Made by a program: the position numbers and the translations under genes. Of a DNA stretch of 64,000 bases, positions 24,847-34,892 are shown piece after piece (position 1 is the stretch's first letter; each line of letters opens with the position of its first letter). The stretch lies in the NCBI GenBank assembly GCA_043228905.1, contig JBHGNT010000015.1, forward strand, positions 16,554,001 through 16,618,000. Reading direction: 5' to 3'. The stretch comes from Azolla caroliniana (taxonomy: Eukaryota > Plantae > Polypodiophyta). The notes under the pieces are model-generated. The model made no database searches and was not told where the DNA came from. It saw nothing but the letters and a program-made list of their open reading frames with translations.

Positions 24847-25604
24847 TGTCGTAGTGTATTTCGTACACTACGTGAAAAAGTAAAAATAATATAACCGATT
24901 TAATTACATATAAATAAATAAAATAAGAATATCAAGATATTTATCACCAATAAATAAAATAAGAATATCAAGATATTTATCACGTGCATAGGGGAAGATT
25001 TGAACCTTATACCTCCACATAGCCAAACCTCAACTTTACCATTATGCTACCTTATCTTTAGTGTTCTACAAATAGATTTAATAACTATAAGTGCTTTATT
25101 TGCGCCTACCTTTATTAAAAGGTAAATCATGCATTTTTAGAGTGCGTGAATATTTTATAGAAAAACGCAAGCAACTAAAAAGTGACTCATGCACATCTAG
25201 CGTGCATGAGCACTATATTTAGCAAATAAAAGCAAGGATTAGAAAAGCATCACATGCACATTTAGTGTGCATCAACATATTAGAAAAAGCATGTAGTTAT
25301 GCTTAGTCTCTCCCATCACTATATAAGGATGGGGAGCACATTGTAGTTTTTGTTGATTATTTTTCTATAATGATCAATCAATCTAAAATATTCGTGGGAT
25401 TCACGAATTTGCTAAAATAATTCTCTCTTACTACCTAAATATTGACTAAATATACTAAACTCGTGGGATTCACGAGATTTTTATCTTATAACTCTTTATA
25501 CCTATTCTTTACTAGCCTTATTTGTATTTTTCTTTTCTCCTAGTCCAAAACCTCGGTGGTTCCCACCCGACTCACGCAACGATCCGGAGCCGAAAGGCAC
25601 GACA
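24847..25604 (+). repeat. 5' LTR of element C
   Basis: tgtcgtag...cacgaca; AT-rich; repeated at 27671-28428. Confidence 0.96.
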
Positions 25605-25608
25605 CAGT

Positions 25609-25625
25609 TGGTGAACCCGACGTGA
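25609..25625 (+). promoter_or_regulatory. PBS of element C, complementary to tRNA-Trp
   Basis: TGGTGAACCCGACGTGA is the complement of the recalled plant tRNA-Trp 3' end TCACGTCGGGTTCACCA. Confidence 0.85.
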
Positions 25626-25642
25626 AGGCGGGTGGCAAGGAG

Positions 25643-27718
25643 ATGGAGAATCAACAAGAGGCAATGAGCATAACGATGATGATGATGTTCGAGCGGATGC
25701 TACAAGAACAACGAGTGATGTCGGAGATCACGGGGGCAGTAAAGCGGCTCGTACAACGAAACGGACAATTCAACGGAAACGATGTGTCACGCTATCTACG
25801 TGACTACAAGGCGGAGATGATGCGATGTGGGATACCGGAAGGATTGCAAGTGACATCCTTCAATCGGGTGGCCACGGATGAGCTACAAGAGAGAATCCAC
25901 AAGATACGGCAACAAAACTCGACATGGGGGTCATTCGAAGAAGCTTTACGAGAGGCATATGATTACAAGAGATCAAAGGGACAAGATCGGCGAAAATTCG
26001 ACGAATGGGTGGCATCGGAGAAGACCCACCGAAGTGCAACACAAGCATTCCTAGAGTTCGAGCATCGTCTTGCTCAACTCTCGGAGCGGGAACAACGGTT
26101 GGTGGGGGAGGATAAAGTCCTAATGTTCGTAAAATCGATTGATCGAAAAGAAAGGATGGACATCGGGATCGAACTCGAAGACGATGAAGGTACGAATGGT
26201 CTTACCGAAGATTGGGCCGAAGTCCAAAGGGTATGCCGGAGACATGATGAGAGGAAGATGAGAATCTTGTCAACGACATGGCCGATGAAGGATGGTCGAT
26301 TGAAGACAAACGATGGAGCCGATATGAAGGCCGAAATACAACATGATGGTCCGACAGAAGAGGGTGTAAAACAAGCTACCCTCTTGTCTTGCGAAAGAAC
26401 GACGGCGAAGGATAAGGCCAATAACCCAAGTGTAGAAGAAGATTTCGGAATACAAGTGTTCGAAACATCGGGTGAAAAAGGGGTAAGCATAATTGATGTT
26501 TGCATAATTGATGCAGTGAAAGAGAGCAAGGAGGACTTGATTGAGGAGGTCACCACGAAAGATGACATCGAATTGAAGGTGGCTATGGACGAATCAACGA
26601 CGGATGGCCATATCGAGACTTCCCCACCACTAATTCCAGAGACTCCGGCGGTTGCGTTCGAAAGGCAACGTGAGACCGAAGAGACGGAAGGTGGTGGAGA
26701 GAAAACAAAGGTCGAAGCCGATTCATACGACGGAGAGATAGCCGAGAAGGAGGCTATGGTTGAAATGACAGAGGATGATAATACCGAGGATTCCTACCCA
26801 CTAATTCTAGAGACTTCGGCAGTTGTGTCCGAGAACCAACGTGAGACCGGAGAGACGGGAGGTGGCGGCAAGAAAGGTAAAGTCGGAAGCCGGTTCGGAT
26901 GGAAGGTGATCCGGACGGGATTCCGATCCGAAAGAAAGCCTAACCGGGTAAAAGAGGATTCGACCAAAAGTCGACCCGAAAGAAAGCCGAACCGAAAGGA
27001 AGAGAATTCGGCCGAAAGACGACACAAACGAAAGCCGAACCGGGCGAATGAGGATTCGGCCGAAAGACGACCCGAAAGAAAGCCGACCCGAAAAGGGGTC
27101 GAATCGGTCAAAACCGATCGACCGATTCTGACTTGGCCGAACGCGAATATGGATGGAAGCCGACCTAGCCGAAAGCCAATCGGACGAGATCGATCCGGAA
27201 AGATGCTAATCCGACTCAACCGAAGGTTGGACCGGTCGAGGCTGGTGAAAACGAGGAAAAGAAAGCCAACCGAAACCGAAACCGATAGATCGAAACCGAG
27301 TCGGAAGGAGACCAACTCAATCGAAACCGAACAACCGATTCCGATTCGGCCGAATACGAATCCGATCGGAAGCCGATCAAACCGAAAGTTGATCGGACGA
27401 GAGCGATCCGGAAAAAAGTCAAGGTTGATGAAGACAAGAAAGAGGCCAGTAAAAGACACTACCACGAATGACAAGGGCCAAGAATATGATGAGAGAGAAC
27501 AAAGAATATGGTGGATCGGATGGCGACAATGGTTCGGGTGGAAAGAATGGGTCTACTCAAAATGGAGAGACAAAGTTGACATAGCGGGACAAACGGAGGA
27601 TGAAGGGGAGACAACGAGCATCGGCAACTTCGGCACATACCGGAGGATGTGCGGGTTCGGAGGGGGCGAGTGTCGTAGTGTATTTCGTACACTACGTGAA
27701 AAAGTAAAAATAATATAA
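25643..27718 (+). CDS. Element C Gag-like protein with long acidic and basic repeat tail
   Basis: Open frame from the ATG after the PBS; capsid-like FNGNDVSRYLRDY...W..F...L; then duplicated acidic blocks and RPERKPNR repeats; reads into the 3' LTR. Confidence 0.75.
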   Translation: MENQQEAMSITMMMMFERMLQEQRVMSEITGAVKRLVQRNGQFNGNDVSRYLRDYKAEMMRCGIPEGLQVTSFNRVATDELQERIHKIRQQNSTWGSFEEALREAYDYKRSKGQDRRKFDEWVASEKTHRSATQAFLEFEHRLAQLSEREQRLVGEDKVLMFVKSIDRKERMDIGIELEDDEGTNGLTEDWAEVQRVCRRHDERKMRILSTTWPMKDGRLKTNDGADMKAEIQHDGPTEEGVKQATLLSCERTTAKDKANNPSVEEDFGIQVFETSGEKGVSIIDVCIIDAVKESKEDLIEEVTTKDDIELKVAMDESTTDGHIETSPPLIPETPAVAFERQRETEETEGGGEKTKVEADSYDGEIAEKEAMVEMTEDDNTEDSYPLILETSAVVSENQRETGETGGGGKKGKVGSRFGWKVIRTGFRSERKPNRVKEDSTKSRPERKPNRKEENSAERRHKRKPNRANEDSAERRPERKPTRKGVESVKTDRPILTWPNANMDGSRPSRKPIGRDRSGKMLIRLNRRLDRSRLVKTRKRKPTETETDRSKPSRKETNSIETEQPIPIRPNTNPIGSRSNRKLIGRERSGKKSRLMKTRKRPVKDTTTNDKGQEYDEREQRIWWIGWRQWFGWKEWVYSKWRDKVDIAGQTEDEGETTSIGNFGTYRRMCGFGGGECRSVFRTLREKVKII

Positions 27719-28428
27719 CCGATTTAATTACATATAAATAAATAAAATAAGAATATCAAGATATTTATCACCAATAAATAAAATAAGAATATCAAGATAT
27801 TTATCACGTGCATAGGGCAAGATTTGAACCTTGTACCTCCACATAGCCAAACCTCAACTTTACCATTATGCTACCTTATCTTTAGTGTTCTACAAATAGA
27901 TTTAATAACTATAAGTCCTTTATTTGCGCCTACCTTTATTAAAAGGTAAATCATGCATTTTTAGAGTGCGTGAATATTTTATAGAAAAACGCAAGCAACT
28001 AAAAAGTGACTCATGCACATCTAGCGTGCATGAGCACTATATTTAGCAAATAAAAGCAAGGATTAGAAAAGCATCACATGCACATTTAGTGTGCATGAAC
28101 ATATTAGAAAAAGCATGTAGTTATGCTTAGTCTCTCCCATCACTATATAAGGATGGGGAGCACATTGTAGTTTTTGTTGATTATTTTTCTATAATGATCA
28201 ATCAATCTAAAATATTCGTGGGATTCACGAATTTGCTAAAATAATTCTCTCTTACTACCTAAATATTGACTAAATATACTAAACTCGTGGGATTCACGAG
28301 ATTTTTATCTTATAACTCTTTATACCTATTCTTTACTAGCCTTATTTGTATTTTTCTTTTCTCCTAGTCCAAAACCTCGGTGGTTCCCACCCGACTCACG
28401 CAACGATCCGGAGCCGAAAGGCACGACA
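27671..28428 (+). repeat. 3' LTR of element C
   Basis: Near-identical copy of 24847-25604. Confidence 0.96.
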
Positions 28429-31400
28429 ATGGGGACTCGGAAGCATTCGCAACACTCGAGGCGGAGTCGGAAAGCAACGGAAGCGTTGCGTCCCGGTATA
28501 AAAGCAGCCACGACACACCAAACGACCCGGGGGAAGAGGAGTCGGAAGACACAGAGGAAGAAATAACCTTGGAGTTCGGTGACCGGCAATCGCCGAGGGA
28601 GGCTGACCGGATACCGACAACACCCGTGGAGGAACCAAAGGACCGGACACCGACAACACCCGCGGAGGAACTGAAGGAGCGGATATCGGCACCAACCGCG
28701 GAGGAACCGAAGGTTCTTACACCGACGCCAACAACGGACAGAGAGTGGAGAGAGCAGGAGAGTCAGTTGGACGACACGATGCCGTACCCATACCCAAAGT
28801 ACCGGGATGAGCCCGACGCGGAGGCACACGTGTACGCATTCCTCCAAACATGGGAAGCCAACCATGTTTCCCAAAGACTGACGGAGCCCGAAGCCGAACG
28901 ATCCAAAGTCGCCGAATTCGGCATGACCTTAGAAGGACCGGCGGCCCGATGGCACGCAAAGCACTTACCGGGCAGCTTTGCCACATTCGATGCCTTGAAG
29001 GCCAAATTCCTCAGGCTTTTTCACAAACAAGTTGAGCAAAGGGAATTGGTCGGGCAGTTCTACACCACCCGGCAGGAAGAGAACGAGACTGTGCCACAAT
29101 TCATCATTCGGTTTCAGACCTTCGAGAGCACCACCCGAAGACGAAGCCAAAGCAGTCTTTTTGGCCGCGCTAAAAGAGCCACTTCGAACGATGTGCGGAG
29201 TCCTTGATTTCCGCACCAGCACAATGGACCAAGTTATCGATCGGGTCTTAGAAATGGACAAGACTAGCTCCTTCTTGTCGATGGGGATGTTACACCGGGC
29301 ACTCCCGAAGGAGGAAGACCTGAGGTTCCGACAGGCCTTACAATGCACAACATGCCTAAATTCGGGCCACTCAACGGTAGACTGCAACCTGCGGACACAA
29401 TGTATGATCTGCAACTCTCAAGCCCATACAACGGACCGATGCGAATATAACCTGTTAAACCGGCAGGCGGCACCGGTTCGACACATAGAACCGCGCAATC
29501 AGGACCCGGATGAGGATCGATTCCGGAGAGACGACCGCTACCAACGCGAACGCGGTAACAGATACGCTGATAGAAGACGCGATAACTATGACCGAGAGGA
29601 GAAACGCAAAGATAGCTACCCCCGGGACCGGTACGACCGAGACGAATCCCCGGAATACGAACGACGCAGAGAAGAGAGGCGACAAGGGAACCGGAATTTC
29701 CGACGGAATCAGAAGCGTGGATTTTTCCGAAGAGAGGAACGTCGGGAGGCAGCAAGGAATGACAACCCGGTATCGGTACCGGATAACTGAAAAACCGAAG
29801 ACGACCGCCGAAGTATACCCACCCCCCACACCGGGGACAAAGGAGAAACGAGCAATAGTCACAAGGTGTACTGTTATTACTGCCGTAAGGAGGGCCATTA
29901 TAGTAACCAATGCCCAAGCAAAACCAATGACAAGCAGCCGACAGTCAACATGGTTACAGCCGAAATAACGGAAGTGCAGTAGGTCACAACCCGGTCAAAG
30001 GGGAAGGCCGCCGAGTGGGAAGCCTAGGAGGCAATCAGAAAACAAGCGGCACAATGGATCAAGAAGGCCAATGAACAGAATGCGGCAGAAGTAAGAGACC
30101 AAAATATGCCAAAAGACGAAGAAATCATACAGCCAGGAGAAAACCCGACGTGGCAAGCGCTCCAGGACTGTCAAATCGTGCTGTCGTTAGCACGGCTACT
30201 ACAGTTGGTGCCACAGTTTACGGCAGACTTACAGGCATCCGTGAGCAAACTGAAGCCGACGCCAGCACCGGCATTCTTCTCCAACCCGGAGGAAGGACCA
30301 GCTGTGGTCGATACAAGTAGCCCGACGATCACGGCAATCGTGAAAGGAAAGGAAATTGCCGGAACAATTATTGACGGAGGCTTCGGGGTAAATGTCATCA
30401 GCCGACAGACATGCGACAACCTGGGCATCCGGGAATGGGAACCATGCCCCTTTTGGTTACGCATGGCTGATACTAGCTCAGTCCGACCGACCGGGCTTAT
30501 CCGGGATTTGGAAGTAACGATTGGAGGCCACGTATTCCGGATATCGGCCGTCGTGCTGCAGCTGAATGTACAAGGCGCGTACCCCCTACTGCTAGGACGA
30601 CCATGGCTGCGAACGACGCATATCAAGCAGAATTGGCAAAAGAACATGATCACATTCTGGCGAGGGAAAACAAAGGTACGAGTAGCGACGCAACCACGGG
30701 TGATCACCAGTAAGGAAGCAACTCCATTGTATGCGGAAAGCATCAACATGTTGGAGGGATTACCGGATGAGGAAGTCGATCGGTACCTCGAGGAACACCC
30801 ACGAATCGTCCCACTATTTGAGGTGGATATCACGGCAACAGTAGAACCGTACATCACGACGCCAGACGAACCGGACCAAGCGGCGATCCGGGAACCGCGA
30901 CAAGCGCAGGAATCCCTAGAAAGGGAGATGACGATATCCCAGAGGGTAAAAGCATCCCAACTAGAGGAGGTGGACCTCGGCACAATAGACAAGCCTCGAC
31001 TGGTAAATGTCGCAAAGGAATTGCCGAAGGAAGAAAAGAAGGCAATGGTAGCATTATTAACAGACTTCAAGGATGTGTTCGCGTGGTCATACGAAGACAT
31101 GCGAGGGCTGGACCCCCAGCTCTATCAGCACCAAATTCACCTAAGTACGGACGCGAAACCGATCGCTCAACGCAGGTACCGGATGAATCTGAATTATGCG
31201 GCGAAGGTGAAGGAGGAGATTGATAACCTCCTTCGGGTCGGATTTATCCGACCGGTCAAGCAGGCAACCTGGCTGAGTCCAATAGTGGTGGTCCCGAAAA
31301 AGAACGGCAAAATCCGGGTATGTGTGGACTACCGGAAACTAAATGCCGCAACGGTGACCGATGCGTTTCCACTACCATTTATGGACGAGGTGTTAGATGC

Positions 31401-33114
31401 GGTAGCCGGCCACGAAGTTTACAGCTTCCTGGATGGATTTAGCGGTTACAACCAAATACAAATGAACCCGGCCGACCAGGAGAAGACAACGTTCGTTACG
31501 GAATGGGGAGTGTTCGTCGCGGTCGTGATGATGTTCGGACTCAAGATGGCCCCAACGACCTTTCAAAGGATAATAATGGAAATTTTCGGGGAATATATCC
31601 CCGGTTTTATGCAGGTCTTCCTTGACGATTTCGCGGTCTACAGCCGGCACAGAGAGCATCTCGATCACCCCCGGCTGTGCTTAGAGAAGTGCCGCGAGTA
31701 CCGGTTGAGTTTGAACCCGGCCAAGTGTGTCTTTGGAGTGGCAAGCGGCAACTTGCTAGGGCACGTGGTGAGTAAGGAAGGAATCGCGGTAGATCCGGAT
31801 AAAGTAAAGGCGATTCTCGAGGCACCAACACCAAATAACGCAAAGGCTTAGCCGGTTCCTGGGCCAAATAAGGTGGCATAGCCGGATGATACGACACCTC
31901 GCAGACTTCGCTACACCATTGCATGCCGCCGTACACAGGGTACCCTTCCTATGGGCGGAGGCGGAGGAGAAAGCCTACCAAGCGCTGAAGGTTATGCTGT
32001 CGCAATCTCCGGTGGTGCAACCGCTAGATTGGAGTAAAAGCTTTCACGTCTTCGTCGACGCGTCGGACATAGCAATCGGCAGCGTTCTGATGCAACTCAC
32101 GGAGCCGAAATGGTACCGGCCGGTGTACTACGCAAGCCGGAAACTCTCAAAAGCCGAACGGAACTACTCTACGACAGAACGAGAGGCATTAGGAATGGTG
32201 TATAGTGTCACAAAGTACAGGCACTATCTGCTCGGAAGGAAGTTTTCCTTCCATGTCGACCATTCTGCACTACTCTACCTGGTCTCGAAGGCATCCCTGA
32301 CGGGAAAAATTGCACGATGGACACTGCTGTTACAGGAATTTGAATTCGACATTTTCCATCGACCCGGGGCGCAGCATGCGGTAGCGGACCACCTAAGCAG
32401 ACTCGAATCCGGAGAAGCAGGGGACGGCGTACAGGATGAGTTCCCCGACGCCGAGTTGTTCCGGATCACGATGGAACCGGCAACGGATGCAATGGTAGCC
32501 GATGAAGACAAGTGGCTAACCGAGATGCATCAGTTCCTGAGCACCGGAGTACCCCCGGAGAACATGGACCGCGATGAAAGGAAAAGGGTAGCAGTAAGAA
32601 GCAGACATTTCTGCTTGGTTGGAGACACCCTCTATCACAAGGGGGCAGATGGCATCTGGAGACGAGCAGTGCGGAGCGATGAGAAGGATCTAATCCTCAG
32701 GGAAGCCCACTGTGGAATTGCCGGCGGGCATTATGCCGGCGACGCAACCGCTCGGAAAATATGGCAGAGCGGACTGTGGTGGCCAACCACCCTAAAAGAT
32801 GCCGTGAAGTATAGCAGAGAATGCGATTTGTGTCAACGACTGGGCCAACCCACGCGGCAGGCCCGGATACCACACCACCCGGTCTTGCCATTGGAACCAT
32901 TTCAAAAGTGGGGTTTGGACTTTGTCGGTCCCTTCAAGCCACCAACAATGCGAACCGGAAATCGGTATGTCATAGTGGCGACCGACTATTGCACCAAATG
33001 GGTGGAAGCGAAGGCCTTACGGGACAACACGACCGCTTCCACAACAAAGTTCCTATACGAGTGCATATGGTGTCGGTATGGATGCCCGATCGAGCTTATA
33101 AGTGACCAAGGAGG

Positions 33115-33858
33115 TGTTGAGAATTCGACGTTCCTTATGTCCGACGCTCGGCCACAACCGAGATTCTTTTCATACACAGAAAAACAGGTAATGAAACGCG
33201 ACACAAAGGGGAGAAATGGTACATAGGAGGTTTACGTGGAAAACCCCAAAATAGGGGAAAAACCACGGCAGCCCACAGGCTGCAAACTGTCACTATGTAG
33301 CAATATACAACAGTGAGTTCACTGAGGCAACGACCTCGTGCTCACAGATCTTCGCCACAGGCGGCGGTTACAACAGAGGCAACGACCTCGTCTCTCTCTC
33401 TCTCTCTCTCTCTCTCTGTACAGTTACGCGCTCTCTATTCTACTTGCACCAACAAGGAAGAATTACAACAACAAAACAACAACAACTACAAAAAGTTTGC
33501 CCTAAGTCATATTTATACTAATATGACTTTTCGGCTATTTACAAATGTAGCCTCGATGGGCTCTCAGAAACATATTTACGAATATGTCTCTTCCTCCGGT
33601 TCATACCGGGCCTGCACCATCCGACTCTCCGCAGTCGGGTACCCCCCATCCGGTTCATACCGGGCCTACACCATCCGACTCTCCGCAGTCGGGTACTCCC
33701 CATCCGGTTCATACCGGGCCTACACCATCCGGCTCTCCGCAGTCGGGTACTCCCTATCCGGTTCATACCGATTCGGCCTCGGCCTGTCGGCCTCGGCCGA
33801 GTTTGTTCGTCGGCACTGTTCTTCTCCCTTCCCATCCGGAGGGACCTGTCTCCCAACA
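33115..33858 (-). mobile_element. Solo LTR D (Copia-like LTR motifs) inserted in element B integrase
   Basis: TGTTG...CAACA ends; TSD GGAGG (33110-33114 and 33859-33863); minus strand carries CCGTGGTTTTTCCCC...GGGGTTTTCCACGTAAA and TATAAAT; the integrase resumes ISDQGG|HFL. Confidence 0.9.
33596..33770. repeat. About 3.2 x 54-bp tandem repeat inside solo LTR D
   Basis: ccggttcataccgggcct(g/a)caccatccg(a/g)ctctccgcagtcgggtac... repeated. Confidence 0.9.
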
Positions 33859-34892
33859 GGAGGACACTTTCTCGGGCAGGTAGTAGAAAGCCTGACGTCA
33901 TTTTACGCGGTGGTACATAAAAGGAGTACTCCCTACTATCCTCAAGCCAATGGACTAGCGGAATCGACGAACAAAAATCTGCAGAACATCCTACGAAAAA
34001 TCGTCAACGAGAACCGGACCGACTGGGATACGAAATTGCAGAGCGCGCTATGGGCGTACTGAACAACGTACAAAACCAGCATCCGGACAACCCCGTTCTG
34101 ACTAGCATTCGGCTTAGAAGCGGTCATGCCGGTAGAGTTCCAGATCCCTAGCTTACGGATCCAGGTAAAGGAGCGCTTAAGTGAGAAGGAGTCCGAACGA
34201 ATCCGGCTGGCGACGTTGTTGGAATTAGAAGAAAACCGAATAGCCAGCTTACTACAACTCGAACTGGAGCAAAGGAGGAGAAAAGCTTTCGTGGACCGAC
34301 ACCGGCGTGGCAATGAAAAGGAGTTCGAAGTCGGAAAACCGGTACTACTGTTCCAGACACGGATGGGGAACATGCCGGGAAAGTTGCGGTTTCGGTGGAC
34401 CGGACCGTTCTGGATCACCAAGGAGTACAATGGGTCGTATCAGCTCGGCACATTGTCTGGAGAAGTCATCGGTAAGTGGGCAAATGGGTTTCGGCTAAAG
34501 CCGTATAAGGGACATATGCCAGCCAACCCGTTCAAGCGAGACCCGGCAATCCGACACGATGAGGAACCGACACCGACAGACACTGGTGCAGAAATCCGGA
34601 CCGAGGAAGAACCGACACCGATATCGACAAAGACTATCCCGGAAAGCCGACAGAAGGAGATTCCGGTATCAGCACGAACCGACCCGAGCAAATCGGGCGG
34701 GACCGGAAAATGACGTGGTCCAAAAAAAAATAAAAAAAAATAAAAAATAAAAGAAAATAAAAGTAATGATGATGGGGAGATCACAAGAGGTGGGAGCGCC
34801 ACCATTCAATGAAGAGGCGCCATGAAGTAAAGGAGGACGTGCGCGTACTTGCTATTTAAAGCATAGAACGTGGGCACCGACGTACGAGGTAT

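Larger units (their letters stand above)
24847..28428 (+). mobile_element. Non-autonomous gag-only LTR retrotransposon C (TR-GAG-like)
   Basis: 758-bp LTRs (24847-25604 and 27671-28428, about 4 differences); 4-bp TSD ATGG; PBS at 25609; PPT ggagggggcgag before 27671; no pol. Confidence 0.93.
24600..34713 (+). pseudogene. Element B gag-pol, interrupted by C and D, with few stops/frameshifts
   Basis: Starts MSRPNDD; resumes at ~28433 (gag FGMTLEGPAARW); three CCHC knuckles; protease IIDGG; RT FLDDF; RNase H; integrase to KLRFRWTGPF; no chromodomain. Confidence 0.94.

Noticed and set aside
28380-28428. Shared N-terminus MVPTRLTQRSGAERHD of ORFs 25556 and 28380 as paralogous genes
   Set aside because: Both ORF calls start inside the identical end of LTR C.
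30171-31100. Long antisense ORFs over gag-pol (also 26794-27474 and 29264-29917)
   Set aside because: These are shadow frames of GC-rich coding DNA with no recognisable motifs.
33313-34062. 249-aa ORF with repeats fused to integrase
   Set aside because: It is a chance read-through from solo LTR D repeats into B's integrase.
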